Of a DNA stretch of 64,000 nucleotides, positions 35,656-46,159 are shown one piece after another; position 1 is the first letter of the stretch, and the number at the start of each line of letters is the position of its first letter. Below the pieces are notes generated by a model. The model was not told where the DNA came from and made no database searches. It was given only the letters and a program-made list of their open reading frames with translations. The stretch covers positions 86,726-150,725 of the forward strand of contig JAFQXA010000016.1 in assembly GCA_017407205.1 (NCBI GenBank), written 5' to 3'. The stretch comes from Clostridia bacterium. Lineage in GTDB: Bacteria; Bacillota; Clostridia; Christensenellales; CAG-138. The translations under genes were made by a program, and so were the position numbers.

Positions 35656-36510
35656 TTATTCTCTTATGCCTGCTTTTCGCTCTGCACTTATAACAGTCTG
35701 CTCAATGAGCTTTGCAATGGTAACAGGGCCGACACCGCCGGGAACGGGAGTATAAGCCGATGACTTGGGTGCTGCATTTTCAAGGTCTATATCTCCAACA
35801 TTGCCCTCGTTGTAGCCTGCATCTACCAAAACTGCACCTTCCTTTATCCAGTCAGCCTGTATGAACTTAGGTCTTCCTACTGCTGCAACAACTATGTCTG
35901 CACGGCGTACCTTTTCGGGGAGGTCCTTTGTCTTTGTGTGGCAGATTGTAACGGTTGCGTTTTCATTCAAGAGCATCATTGAAACGGGCTTGCCGAGTAT
36001 GGGGCTTCTGCCGATAACAACTACATCCTTGCCCGAAATTTCAATATTGTAACGCTTGAGTATTGAAACGATTGAGAAGGGTGTTGCGCTGAAAAAAGAG
36101 GGAAGCTTCATTGTCATTGCACCGAATGTTGTGATGTTAACACCGTCAACATCCTTATCGGGAGCTATGCGGTTAAAGCAAGCCTGTTCGTCAATCTGTG
36201 AGGGAACGGGATGCTGCAAAAGTATACCGCAAACATTTTCGTCAGCGTTCAAAGCATCAATCTGTTTAAGGAGTTCTTCCGTTGTTGTCTCCTCAGGCAT
36301 TTCTATTTTAAGGGGAGTTATACCTACTCGTCTGCAAGCGTTGCCCTTCATGCGTACATATGTTACGGAAGCAGGGTCACCGCCTACAAGAATTGTTGCG
36401 AGCGTGGGAGCTGTTCCCGTCTTTTCAACCAAAGCGGCTACACGCACGCTGAGGTCTGCTTCGATTTCTTTTGCAAGAGCCTTGCCGTCAAGTATAAATG
36501 GTGTTGACAT
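35656..36510 (-). CDS. folD: Bifunctional methylenetetrahydrofolate dehydrogenase/cyclohydrolase
   Basis: AS..YVRMK, KDVDG, GRSPILGKP, ATVTICH, TPVPGGVGP.T. Confidence 0.96.
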   Translation of the reverse strand: MSTPFILDGKALAKEIEADLSVRVAALVEKTGTAPTLATILVGGDPASVTYVRMKGNACRRVGITPLKIEMPEETTTEELLKQIDALNADENVCGILLQHPVPSQIDEQACFNRIAPDKDVDGVNITTFGAMTMKLPSFFSATPFSIVSILKRYNIEISGKDVVVIGRSPILGKPVSMMLLNENATVTICHTKTKDLPEKVRRADIVVAAVGRPKFIQADWIKEGAVLVDAGYNEGNVGDIDLENAAPKSSAYTPVPGGVGPVTIAKLIEQTVISAERKAGIRE

Positions 36511-36603
36511 AAAATATCCTCCTCGAGCTTTATGTGAATACTTGAATTAGTATATAATGTTTTCATACTCTTTTCAAGTTTATTAAGAATAATAAAGAAA
36601 TTA

Positions 36604-36632
36604 TTGCAAATGATAGTTATGTATGGTATAAT
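36604..36632 (+). promoter_or_regulatory. SigA promoter of the rimP-nusA-infB operon
   Basis: TTGCAA-17 nt-TATAAT with an extended TG. Confidence 0.75.
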
Positions 36633-36673
36633 AACCGCAGTTGCACAGCTTTAGGGCTGTATGTTTGGTAAGT

Positions 36674-36703
36674 AAGAGTGGGCAGAGCCTGCTCTTTTGT
36701 TTT
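36674..36703 (+). promoter_or_regulatory. rimP leader hairpin / attenuator
   Basis: AAGAGTGGGC-AGA-GCCTGCTCTTTTGTTT just upstream of the rimP RBS, matching the GAGTGGG...CTCTTTT hairpin found before rimP in Firmicutes. Confidence 0.65.
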
Positions 36704-36716
36704 GAGGGAGAAGAAA

Positions 36717-37172
36717 TTGAGAGCAGTAGAAGCGGTAGAAGCACTTGTTAAAAAGCCTATAGAAGACATGGGTTATGAGCTTTACGAGGTAGAGTTTCAG
36801 AAGGAATACGGCAATTGGGTACTGACCGTTTACATTGACCGTAAGGGCGGTGTGGATCTTGATGATTGTGAGAAGATAAGCCGCATGATAGACCCCATGC
36901 TTGATGAGGCGGATCCCATTGAACAGGCATATTATTTGAGTGTATCCTCAGTCGGTATTGACCATCCTATAAAGAAAGACAAGGATTTTTCAAGGAATAT
37001 CGGCAATGTGATTACAGTCAAGCTTTACGCACCCATGAACGGCAAAAAGGAGTTCAGGGGTACCTTGCAGAGTTTTGATGCACAAAGCTTTGTAATTGCT
37101 TTGGAAAAAGGCGAGGAAATAACAATTCTTCGTAAAGATGCGGCAAGCATAAAGCCGTACATAGAGTTTTAA
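36717..37172 (+). CDS. rimP: Ribosome maturation factor RimP
   Basis: L.VYID..GGVDLDDCE.ISR, Y.LSVSS.G; first gene of the nusA operon; TTG start. Confidence 0.93.
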   Translation: MRAVEAVEALVKKPIEDMGYELYEVEFQKEYGNWVLTVYIDRKGGVDLDDCEKISRMIDPMLDEADPIEQAYYLSVSSVGIDHPIKKDKDFSRNIGNVITVKLYAPMNGKKEFRGTLQSFDAQSFVIALEKGEEITILRKDAASIKPYIEF

Positions 37173-37197
37173 AAATATTTTAAGGAGAGAAAAAGTA

Positions 37198-38319
37198 ATG
37201 AACGCCGAATTTATCGAGGCATTGCGTGCTATTGAACAGGAAAGAGGAATTTCTGAAGGTATTTTGATTGACGCTTTTGAATCAGCACTTGTAGCTGCAT
37301 ACAAGCGTAATTTCGGTGCTGTAGGAAATGTCCGTGCAGTTGTTGACAGGGAAACAGGCGAGGTTCAGGTTTTTGAATCAAAGTGCGTTGTTGAAGAGGT
37401 CGAGGAAGAGCACAGCGAAATATCACTTGAAGATGCAAAGAAGATAAACAGACTTTATGAGATAGGTGACGTTCTTGAGGAGGAAATAGACCCGAGAACA
37501 TTTGGCAGAATAGCTGCACAGACAGCAAAACAGGTTGTCATTCAGCGTATCAGAGAGGCTGAAAGAGGCGTAATATTCGAAGAGTATGCAGAGAAGGAAA
37601 ATGAAGTTTTGACGGCTATCGTACAGCGTGTTGAGAAAAACGGTGTATATGTAGAGCTCGGCAAGACGGACGGTATAATTCCTCCTGCTGAAATGATAGA
37701 GGGTGAAACCTATGAGAACGGTCAGCGCATCAAGGTTTATGTTCTCGAAGTCAAGAAGACAAACAAGGGCCCCCAGGTTGTTGTATCACGCACACATCCC
37801 TGGCTCGTAAAGCGCTTGTTTGAGCTTGAAGTTCCCGAGATCCAGAGCGGTATAGTACAGATTCGCTCAATCGCCCGTGAAGCAGGCTTTAGAACAAAGG
37901 TTGCAGTATTCTCGGCAGATGCACAGATTGATGCAGTCGGCGCCTGCGTAGGTCAGAAGGGTATAAGAGTTGAGCGTATAGTAAATGAGCTCCATGATGA
38001 AAAGATAGATATTATTGAGTGGGACAGTGATCCTGCAATCTGCATTGCAAAGTCATTAAGCCCTGCTCGTGTGTTGATGGTTTACATCAACGAAGAAGAA
38101 AAGGCAGCAAAGGTTATAGTTCCCGACAATCAGCTTTCACTTGCAATAGGTAAGGAAGGTCAGAATGTACGCCTCGCTGCAAAGCTCACAGGCTGGAAGA
38201 TAGACATAAAGAGCCAGTCACAGGCAGAGGATGATGCAGACTTGCTTACAGGTCAGGACGCTGTCGTTTTTGACGATGCAGAAGAAGCAGAAGCAGTCGA
38301 AGAAACAGTTGAGGAATAA
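37198..38319 (+). CDS. nusA: Transcription termination/antitermination factor NusA
   Basis: FGRIAAQTAKQV, S1 and KH domains, SLAIGKEGQNVRLAAKLTGWKIDI. Confidence 0.98.
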   Translation: MNAEFIEALRAIEQERGISEGILIDAFESALVAAYKRNFGAVGNVRAVVDRETGEVQVFESKCVVEEVEEEHSEISLEDAKKINRLYEIGDVLEEEIDPRTFGRIAAQTAKQVVIQRIREAERGVIFEEYAEKENEVLTAIVQRVEKNGVYVELGKTDGIIPPAEMIEGETYENGQRIKVYVLEVKKTNKGPQVVVSRTHPWLVKRLFELEVPEIQSGIVQIRSIAREAGFRTKVAVFSADAQIDAVGACVGQKGIRVERIVNELHDEKIDIIEWDSDPAICIAKSLSPARVLMVYINEEEKAAKVIVPDNQLSLAIGKEGQNVRLAAKLTGWKIDIKSQSQAEDDADLLTGQDAVVFDDAEEAEAVEETVEE

Positions 38320-38322
38320 TAA

Positions 38323-38595
38323 ATGCAGTCAAAACCAATACCGAGGAGAATGTGTGTAGGATGCAGGCTCATGCGTCCCAAGAAGGAAATGCTCCGCATA
38401 GTAAGGCTTTCAAACGGTGATGTTGTAGCAGACAGCACAGGCAAGGTATCGGGCAGGGGTGCATATATTTGTCCCACAGAGGCTTGCTTTGAAAAAGCAC
38501 GCAGAATACGCGGAATGGAGCGTGCGCTTGATACCGAAATAAGCGAAGAAGTCTTTGAAACACTCAGGAAAGGTATACAGACAAGTGATGCTTAA
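38323..38595 (+). CDS. ylxR: YlxR/RnpM RNA-binding protein
   Basis: P.RMCVGC....KKEMLRIV...GRGAYIC; lies after nusA. Confidence 0.92.
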   Translation: MQSKPIPRRMCVGCRLMRPKKEMLRIVRLSNGDVVADSTGKVSGRGAYICPTEACFEKARRIRGMERALDTEISEEVFETLRKGIQTSDA

Positions 38596-38893
38596 GACCG
38601 CAATCGGATTTTCTATGCGAGCAGGCAAATGCACATCGGGGGACTTTGCGTGCGAAAAGGCAGTAAAGGCAAACAAGGCAAAGGTAGTAATCCTTGATAA
38701 AGAAGCAAGTGAAGCCACAAGAGAGCGTTATGCGTTTTTCTGTCAAAAAAGAGGGATTGACCTTGTAATAATAGATGAACTTGGCGAAACTATAGGCAAA
38801 GAGGGAAGAATGGTGGCCACAGTTTCGGATGAAAAGTTTGCAAGCATGATAAGTCAGGCATATAAAGAAAGCCTTACAAATCAAAACAGTTAA
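38588..38893 (+). CDS. L7Ae/L30e-family RNA-binding protein (YlxQ-like)
   Basis: IG..MRAGK..SG, ELG..IGK..R; lies between ylxR and infB. Confidence 0.88.
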   Translation: MLKTAIGFSMRAGKCTSGDFACEKAVKANKAKVVILDKEASEATRERYAFFCQKRGIDLVIIDELGETIGKEGRMVATVSDEKFASMISQAYKESLTNQNS

Positions 38894-38920
38894 GAAATAA
38901 TCACGGGGGTACTTGTTGAT

Positions 38921-41503
38921 ATGGCAAAGCCGAAAAAATTTATGGATTCTGCTAAGGAATTGGAAGTTACGGCAAAGGAACTTTTTGAGCGTATAAAGAA
39001 CGCACAGAGCAGTATGGAAGCAACGCTCAAGACTGCACGTGCGCTTGAAGGTGCGCTTGCAGAAAAAGAAAAGCAGGAGCGTTTGCGTAAGGAAGAAGAA
39101 GAAAAGCGCAGACGCTTGCAGGAAGTTCTTGCAAGTACAGGTGACCTTGCCGTTCATATCGGTGAGGACGATTTTGCCGAGGAAGCAAAGAAGGAAGAAG
39201 TCAAGACTTCTTCTGTAGAGGAAGAAACAAAGGCTCCCGAAGAAGTTAAGGCTCCGGCTGAAAGCGAAAAGAAAGAAGAAGCGCCTAAAAAGCCGAGCGA
39301 TGAAAAGCCGTCAAAGAGTAAGAATGACGGTTACCGTCCGCGTCAGATAGACCAGAATTCCTACAATAACCAAGGCAGGGATAACTCCTATCAGCGTAAG
39401 CAGGGCGACAAGCCCTTTGCTGGTAAGGACAAAAACGAGTTCAAGCCCCGTGATAACCGCGATAATAAGGATGCTCGCACACAGGGAAACAGAAATGCAA
39501 AGATGCAGACGAGCGTAGTTGCCGATATCCCCACGGCAAAGGATCGCTCAAGCAATTATGACCCCAACAAGAATTCCTACAATCGCAATAACAGGGACGA
39601 GGATAAACGTCAGAAGAACAAGAAAGCTATTATGAAAGAAACTGCACCCAGAGGAAGCTGGGATGACGATTCACCGATGGGCACAAGAAGAAAGGCAAAG
39701 AAAAACCAGCAGAGCAATGCACATAAGCCTGAGCCCGTAGTAATTGAAAAGGCAGTTATAACAACGGAAATGATAACAGTTAAGGATTTGTCAGAAAAGA
39801 TAGGTAAGCCGGCTGCTGAGATTATAAAGAAGCTCTTTATATTAGGCATAATGGCAACAATAAATCAGGAAATCGATTTTGATACCTGTTCGCTTATCGC
39901 ATCGGATTACGGCATTACTCTTGAGCAGAACATTGCAAAAACTGCTGAAGAAGTATTGCAGGAGTTCAATGACGATGCTGATGACCTTGAAGAAAACAAG
40001 GTTGAGCGTTCGCCCATAGTTACAATCATGGGACACGTAGACCATGGTAAAACATCACTCCTTGATGCTATAAGACACAGCGCGGTCACGGAGGGTGAAG
40101 CAGGCGGTATCACACAGCATATCGGTGCTTATACAGTATCAAGAAACGACAGAAACATCACGTTCATCGACACACCGGGTCATGAAGCATTTACTTCAAT
40201 GCGTGCACGCGGTGCGCAGGTTACGGATATAGTTATATTGGTTGTTGCCGCAGATGACGGCATAATGCCCCAGACAGTTGAAGCAATCAATCACGCAAAG
40301 GCTGCAGAGGTTCCCATCATCGTTGCAATCAACAAGATGGACAGAGCAGAAGCAAACCCCGACAGAGTAAAACAGCAGCTCACAGAGCATGGCCTCGTTA
40401 CGGAAGAATGGGGCGGTGACACAATTTGCGTTCCCGTTTCGGCAAAGATGAAGCAGGGTATTGACGACTTGCTTGAGATGGTACTTTTGCAGGCGGACGT
40501 ATTGGAGCTTAAGGCTAACCCGAACAGAATTGCTCGCGGTACTATTATCGAGGCAGAGCTTGACAAGGGCAGAGGCCCCATTGCAACAGTTCTCGTTCAG
40601 AACGGTACATTGCGTATAGGTGATCCGATAGTTGCAGGTACTGCATACGGTAAGGTAAGAGCAATGATGGACGATAAGGGCAGGCGCGTAAAGGAAGCAG
40701 GCCCCTCAACTCCTGTTGAAGTTTTGGGCTTCTCAGAAGTTCCCAGTGCAGGCGACATAATGAATGTTGCAGAAGTTGATAAGCTTTCACGCCAGGTTGC
40801 AGAAGAACGCCGTGACAGGCAGAAGGCAGAACAGCTCAAGAACCTTTCAAAGGTATCACTTGATGATTTGTTCAATCAGATTGCAGAAGGTCAGGTTAAA
40901 GACTTGAACCTCATCATCAAGGCAGACGTTCAGGGTAGTGTCGAGGCACTCCGCCAGGCACTTGAAAAGCTTTCAAACGAGGAAGTTCGCGTCCGTTGCA
41001 TCCACGGTGGCGTAGGTGCTATCACGGGCAGCGACATAATGTTCGCATCAGCTTCAAACGCAATTATAATCGGCTTTAATGTCCGTCCCGACTCGACGGC
41101 ACGTGCATCTGCTGAAAAGGAAAATGTTGATGTAAGACTTTACAGAGTAATATACAGCGCAATCGAAGATATCGAAAATGCAATGAAGGGTATGTTTGCA
41201 CCTGTATATCAGGAGGTCGAGCTTGGCAGAATATCAGTAAGAGAAACATTCAAGGTAAGCGGTATCGGTACAATAGCAGGTGCATATGTTCAGGACGGTA
41301 AGGTTCAGAGAAATGCACAGGTTCGTGTTGTTCGTGGCGGTATAGTAATTCATGAAGGCAAGATTGGCTCACTCAAGCGTTTCAAGGATGATGTCAAGGA
41401 AGTCAACGCAGGCTACGAATGCGGTATCAGCCTTGAAAACTTCAATGATATACAGCCCGAAGATATTATTGAAGCTTTCGTAATGGAAGAAATAAAGAGA
41501 TAA
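38921..41503 (+). CDS. infB: Translation initiation factor IF-2
   Basis: [38 protein letters not shown]-terminal [18 protein letters not shown]. Confidence 0.99.
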   Translation: MAKPKKFMDSAKELEVTAKELFERIKNAQSSMEATLKTARALEGALAEKEKQERLRKEEEEKRRRLQEVLASTGDLAVHIGEDDFAEEAKKEEVKTSSVEEETKAPEEVKAPAESEKKEEAPKKPSDEKPSKSKNDGYRPRQIDQNSYNNQGRDNSYQRKQGDKPFAGKDKNEFKPRDNRDNKDARTQGNRNAKMQTSVVADIPTAKDRSSNYDPNKNSYNRNNRDEDKRQKNKKAIMKETAPRGSWDDDSPMGTRRKAKKNQQSNAHKPEPVVIEKAVITTEMITVKDLSEKIGKPAAEIIKKLFILGIMATINQEIDFDTCSLIASDYGITLEQNIAKTAEEVLQEFNDDADDLEENKVERSPIVTIMGHVDHGKTSLLDAIRHSAVTEGEAGGITQHIGAYTVSRNDRNITFIDTPGHEAFTSMRARGAQVTDIVILVVAADDGIMPQTVEAINHAKAAEVPIIVAINKMDRAEANPDRVKQQLTEHGLVTEEWGGDTICVPVSAKMKQGIDDLLEMVLLQADVLELKANPNRIARGTIIEAELDKGRGPIATVLVQNGTLRIGDPIVAGTAYGKVRAMMDDKGRRVKEAGPSTPVEVLGFSEVPSAGDIMNVAEVDKLSRQVAEERRDRQKAEQLKNLSKVSLDDLFNQIAEGQVKDLNLIIKADVQGSVEALRQALEKLSNEEVRVRCIHGGVGAITGSDIMFASASNAIIIGFNVRPDSTARASAEKENVDVRLYRVIYSAIEDIENAMKGMFAPVYQEVELGRISVRETFKVSGIGTIAGAYVQDGKVQRNAQVRVVRGGIVIHEGKIGSLKRFKDDVKEVNAGYECGISLENFNDIQPEDIIEAFVMEEIKR

Positions 41504-41519
41504 GGAATGAATTGAAAGA

Positions 41520-41876
41520 ATGTCCATTCGATATGAAAGATTGGGAGAGGAAGTAAAAAAGACTCTCAGCGAAATAATAAGGGAAATGAAGGACCCGCGC
41601 ATAAGTGATATGACAACGGTGGCAAGTGTTGAGCTTACCAATGACCTCAAGTATGCAAAGGTAAAGGTAAGTGTTTATGACAAGGATGACGAGGCGCGTA
41701 AAGCATCGGTAGCAGCACTTAACGGAGCTTCGGGATTCATTGCCCGTGAGGTAGGAAGGCGTATGGAAATAAGGGCATTGCCCAAGTTTACATTCTTGCT
41801 TGACGAATCAATAGAATACAGCGTTTATATCTCAAAGATAATAGACGAGATTAACAAAAAAGATAATAATCAATAA
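41520..41876 (+). CDS. rbfA: Ribosome-binding factor A
   Basis: KDPRI, VELTNDLKYAKV, R..P.F.F..D.S. Confidence 0.96.
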   Translation: MSIRYERLGEEVKKTLSEIIREMKDPRISDMTTVASVELTNDLKYAKVKVSVYDKDDEARKASVAALNGASGFIAREVGRRMEIRALPKFTFLLDESIEYSVYISKIIDEINKKDNNQ

Positions 41877-41897
41877 CAAAAGAAGAGAAGAAAAAAT

Positions 41898-42881
41898 ATG
41901 AAAGCATTGCCGCGTATCAAAGAAATAAAGGAATTTATAAAAGCACATGAAAGCTTTACAATTATATCCCATGTTTCACCTGACGGAGATACACTTGGCA
42001 GTGCTTTTGCATTGTCCTTGGGGCTTAAGAAGCTTGGCAAGAAAACCCAGGTAGTCTGTCAGGACGAACCGTCAAAAAATCTTTTATCGGTCGTGCCCGG
42101 CATAAATGAGCTTAAAAAGCCAGGCGAGGCAGAAATTTATGATGCCGTAATAGCGGTTGACTGTGCGGACGAAAGACGCACGGGAACAGCGTATGAGCTT
42201 ATTGAAAAAGCTAAGTACACATTGAAGATAGACCACCACGCAGTAGGTACGGATTATGCTCAGATAAATTCTGTTGATGCCGAAGCTGCTGCGGTGGGCG
42301 AGATGATATATCTTCTTTTAAAAGAGCTTGAAGTTACGCTTGATGAGCAGATCGGCACCTGCATTTATACTGCAATTATGACGGATACGGGTAACTTCTC
42401 ATATTCAAATACAAGCGAATTTACTTTCCGCATAGCTGCACAATTAAAAGCACTCGGCGTTGACACATATAATGTAAATCGTCTGATTTACAGAAACGTT
42501 GCCATAACAAAAATGAGGTTTACATCATATGTGCTTTCAAAGGTTAAGCTTTTGGCAAACGGGCAGTTTGCATACTCGACAGTCACGCTCGATGAGATGA
42601 AAAAAATAGGTGCTGAAAACGAAAGCGTTGAGGGCATTATTGATAATATTCGTGATATAGATACGGTGGAGCTTGCAATTTTTATTTATCAAAAAGGTGA
42701 GAAACAGTTCAGAATCAGTCTGCGCTCAAAAATATGGGTGAATGTTTCGGATATTGCAGCGAACTTTGGAGGCGGAGGCCATATGCGGGCAGCAGGCTGT
42801 ACAGTGGAATTTAACACAATCGAAGAAGCGGAAAAAGCAGTCCTGAGAGTTGTAGAGAAAGTTTTCGATGGCGAATTTTGA
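41898..42881 (+). CDS. nrnA: DHH/DHHA1 phosphoesterase (NrnA-like oligoribonuclease/pAp phosphatase)
   Basis: H.SPDGD, VD, IDHH, TDTGNF, SLRS, GGGGH..AAG. Confidence 0.88.
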   Translation: MKALPRIKEIKEFIKAHESFTIISHVSPDGDTLGSAFALSLGLKKLGKKTQVVCQDEPSKNLLSVVPGINELKKPGEAEIYDAVIAVDCADERRTGTAYELIEKAKYTLKIDHHAVGTDYAQINSVDAEAAAVGEMIYLLLKELEVTLDEQIGTCIYTAIMTDTGNFSYSNTSEFTFRIAAQLKALGVDTYNVNRLIYRNVAITKMRFTSYVLSKVKLLANGQFAYSTVTLDEMKKIGAENESVEGIIDNIRDIDTVELAIFIYQKGEKQFRISLRSKIWVNVSDIAANFGGGGHMRAAGCTVEFNTIEEAEKAVLRVVEKVFDGEF

Positions 42882-43782
42882 AGGTATAGTAAATGTATTA
42901 AAGCCTCCGGGAATGACATCGAGTGATGCTGTTTGCGATTTGAGGCACATATTCAATATGAAGCGTGTTGGACACATGGGTACATTGGACCCGGGTGCAT
43001 CGGGTGTTTTGCCAATTGCTTTGGGTCGGGCAACACGCCTTTTTGACTACTTGGTTGAAAAACAAAAACGCTATATAGCAGAGGTGACTTTCGGTGCAGA
43101 AACCGAAACGCAGGATTCATATGGCGAAATACTTACAAGTGACGACAGGATAATAACGCGAGAGGATATAGAAGGCGTACTTCCGTATTTTCGTGGAGAT
43201 ATAGTGCAAAAAGCTCCTATATACTCAGCACTTAATCAAAACGGAGTCAAGCTTTATAAGCTTGCACGGCAGGGTAAGGAAATCGAAGAAAAGTATAGGG
43301 ATGCGACAATATTCAGCCTTGATGTTATCAAGGAAATGGAAAAAAACAAGTTTCTCATAGATGTCGTGTGTTCAAAGGGTACATATATCCGTACGCTGTG
43401 TCATGATATAGGGAAAAAGCTTGGTACGCACGCATATATGTCGTTCCTGCTTCGTACCTCGACAGGTGTTTTTACGCTTGAAAATTCGTTTTCGATAGCC
43501 GAGCTTCGTAAAATGAAAGAAGAAGGCACTTTAGAACGTGCAGTTATGAGCACGGAAGACGTGCTTGCAAGCTTCAACACGCTTGATATAAAGCTTTCAA
43601 AAAGTAGATATTTTCATCTTTTAAACGGAATCCCTGCACCCTTGTGCGAAGCAAAGGAAGAAGTGAGTGAATTCCCCGAAAATACACCGTTAAGGCTTTA
43701 TTGCAACGGCGATTTTTTGGGAGTCGGCATAATAGAAAACAGTGAAGTGCGGCTTGCACTCAATTTTACGGAGACAAAATGA
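42868..43782 (+). CDS. truB: tRNA pseudouridine(55) synthase
   Basis: KPPGMTS, GH.GTLDP.ASGVL, P.YSA, CSKGTYIRTL. Confidence 0.96.
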   Translation: MANFEGIVNVLKPPGMTSSDAVCDLRHIFNMKRVGHMGTLDPGASGVLPIALGRATRLFDYLVEKQKRYIAEVTFGAETETQDSYGEILTSDDRIITREDIEGVLPYFRGDIVQKAPIYSALNQNGVKLYKLARQGKEIEEKYRDATIFSLDVIKEMEKNKFLIDVVCSKGTYIRTLCHDIGKKLGTHAYMSFLLRTSTGVFTLENSFSIAELRKMKEEGTLERAVMSTEDVLASFNTLDIKLSKSRYFHLLNGIPAPLCEAKEEVSEFPENTPLRLYCNGDFLGVGIIENSEVRLALNFTETK

Positions 43783-44648
43783 ACAAAAGCGGAACAGTAG
43801 TGGTTTTGGGAACATTTGACGGTGTTCATAAAGGACACCGCCTTTTGATACTGCAAGCTTTTTTAAAGGCACAGCAAGAAAACAAACGCCTCATTATATA
43901 TACATTTTCAAATCATCCGCTTTCTTTGATTTCAAAAAGCCCACAGCTTTTAATGACGGCAAACGAGCGGATTGAAACGCTTCAAACAATGGGTGCCGAT
44001 GAGGTCATAAGGGATGAGTTTACTCCAACGCTTGCCGATATGTCGCCCCGTGATTTTTTGGTGATGCTTAAAGAGCGGTTCAATATGACGGATGCCGTTG
44101 CAGGCTATAACTACTCTTTCGGCAAGGGCGGAAAGGGCAATGTTGAAACACTGAAAGCGCTCGGCAATGAGCTTCGATTTAAAACGCTCGTTTGTGAACC
44201 TGTTCTTTATGAGGGCGAAAGTGTTTCAAGCACAAGAATAAGGGAAACACTCGAAAAGGGCGATATAAAGAGCGCAAATGCAATGCTTGAACATGACTAC
44301 TGTCTTTCGGGAAAAGTTATAGAAAATAAGCATATAGGCACCAAAATAGGCTTCCCGACCGCGAATATAGAAGTTGACGAAAACAAGGTTTTGCCAAAAT
44401 GCGGTGTTTATGCAACGAGCGTAAACATTGATGGTAAATGCTGTAATGCCGTCACAAACATTGGCACAAACCCAACGGTTGACGGCAAAAAGCTTACAAT
44501 CGAAACCCATATTATAGGCTTTGACGGTGATATTTACGGAAAGGAGCTTACTGTTTGTTTTCAGGACCGTATAAGGGACGATTACAAATTTGACTCCCTC
44601 GATTCTTTGAAAGCACAGATAAAAAGGGATATATCCTACTTTTCGTGA
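43779..44648 (+). CDS. ribF: Bifunctional riboflavin kinase/FAD synthetase
   Basis: G.FDGVHKGH, VSSTRIR, GFPTAN, NIG.NPT, IETH. Confidence 0.96.
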   Translation: MNKSGTVVVLGTFDGVHKGHRLLILQAFLKAQQENKRLIIYTFSNHPLSLISKSPQLLMTANERIETLQTMGADEVIRDEFTPTLADMSPRDFLVMLKERFNMTDAVAGYNYSFGKGGKGNVETLKALGNELRFKTLVCEPVLYEGESVSSTRIRETLEKGDIKSANAMLEHDYCLSGKVIENKHIGTKIGFPTANIEVDENKVLPKCGVYATSVNIDGKCCNAVTNIGTNPTVDGKKLTIETHIIGFDGDIYGKELTVCFQDRIRDDYKFDSLDSLKAQIKRDISYFS

Positions 44649-44652
44649 TATG

Positions 44653-44681
44653 TTGCGCGAGTGTGCGTTAAATGGTATAAT
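44653..44681 (+). promoter_or_regulatory. Candidate SigA promoter for the MBOAT-DHHW pair
   Basis: TTGCGC-17 nt-TATAAT with an extended TG; GGAGGT RBS follows. Confidence 0.6.
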
Positions 44682-44706
44682 TTCGATAGGAATATGGAGG
44701 TAAATT

Positions 44707-46146
44707 ATGCTATTTTCAAGCAGTTTGTTTTTATTCCTTTTTCTGCCGATAGTGCTTGTCGGCTACTACGTTTTAAAATTCATAAACAGGCAATTAAGTA
44801 ATATCTGGCTCCTGATAACGAGCCTTATTTTCTACGCTTGGGGAGAACCTAAGTTTGTTTTTGTGTTGATGGCATCGGCTTTTATAAACTACATTTTCGG
44901 TCTGCTTGTTGATAAATTCAGGGATAAAAAATATGCATCGCGGATAATCCTGTCGGTGATGGTCTTTTTAAACCTCGGTCTTTTATTTGTCTATAAATAT
45001 CTCGGCTTTGCAACAGAAAACTTAAATGCACTCTTTGGCGATGTGCTTCCGATAGTAAAAATAGCTTTGCCTATCGGAATATCGTTCTTTACATTCCAGG
45101 CAATGTCCTATGTAATCGACGTATACAGGGGCAACGGAACTGTTCAAAAAAATCCTTTGAATGTTGCATTGTATATTGCATTCTTCCCCCAGCTTGTTGC
45201 AGGCCCCATTGTACGCTATGAAACGGTTGCGCTTGAAATCAACAGCAGAAAAGAAACAATCGAAGATTTTTGCGAGGGCGTAAAACGCTTTATACAAGGT
45301 CTTGCGAAGAAAGTTCTGCTTGCCGATATATTGTCAGTTGTTGCAGATGCTGCATACAAGGCAAACGCGCAGGGCGCAGGCAATTTGCCGGTAGCTTTTG
45401 CATGGCTTGGTGCTATATGCTATTCATTCCAGATATTCTTTGATTTTTCGGGCTACAGCGATATGGCGATCGGCTTGGGCAGAATGTTTGGCTTCCACTT
45501 CCTTGAAAACTTCAACTTCCCATATATTTCAAAATCCGTCTCCGAATTCTGGAGAAGGTGGCACATTTCGCTCGGAACGTGGTTCCGTGATTATCTCTAT
45601 ATTCCCCTCGGCGGCTCAAGAGTCAAAACAAAGTCAAGGCTTGTATTCAATCTTTTGGCAGTTTGGGCGCTTACAGGTCTTTGGCACGGTGCAAGCTGGA
45701 ACTTTGTAATATGGGGCCTCATGTATTTTGTGCTTCTTGCGTTTGAAAAGCTTACAGGTATCCCCAAGTGCTTCAAGCATAAATTCTCTCAAATCTTGTA
45801 TAGAATATTCACGCTTTTGTGCGTTGTTCTGGGATGGGTCGTTTTCCGCGCAGAGGGCGGAACAGAGGCCGTAAATTATCTTGGCTCAATGTTTGGTTTG
45901 ACAGGCAATGCACTGTATAGCGATTATACGGGCTATCTTTTCAGAAATAATGCGGTCATGCTCGTATTGGCTGTGCTTTTCAGCGTGCCGCTTTTTGCTC
46001 GTATCAAAGAAATCTGCATGAAGAACAAGGTTATGTCGGGCGTTGTATCGGTGTTGACACCTATAGTATATGTTGCACTTTTTGTGCTGTCCGTTTCGTG
46101 GCTTGTCACACTTTCGCACCATCCGTTCATTTACTTTAATTTCTGA
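44707..46146 (+). CDS. MBOAT-family polysaccharide O-acyltransferase (AlgI/PatA-like)
   Basis: LPIGISFFTFQ, FFPQLVAGPIVRY, DFSGYSDMAIG, ENFN.PY, FWRRWHISL, TGLWHGA (catalytic His), C-terminal PFIYFNF. Confidence 0.92.
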   Translation: MLFSSSLFLFLFLPIVLVGYYVLKFINRQLSNIWLLITSLIFYAWGEPKFVFVLMASAFINYIFGLLVDKFRDKKYASRIILSVMVFLNLGLLFVYKYLGFATENLNALFGDVLPIVKIALPIGISFFTFQAMSYVIDVYRGNGTVQKNPLNVALYIAFFPQLVAGPIVRYETVALEINSRKETIEDFCEGVKRFIQGLAKKVLLADILSVVADAAYKANAQGAGNLPVAFAWLGAICYSFQIFFDFSGYSDMAIGLGRMFGFHFLENFNFPYISKSVSEFWRRWHISLGTWFRDYLYIPLGGSRVKTKSRLVFNLLAVWALTGLWHGASWNFVIWGLMYFVLLAFEKLTGIPKCFKHKFSQILYRIFTLLCVVLGWVVFRAEGGTEAVNYLGSMFGLTGNALYSDYTGYLFRNNAVMLVLAVLFSVPLFARIKEICMKNKVMSGVVSVLTPIVYVALFVLSVSWLVTLSHHPFIYFNF

Positions 46147-46159
46147 GGGAGGGTATTGC

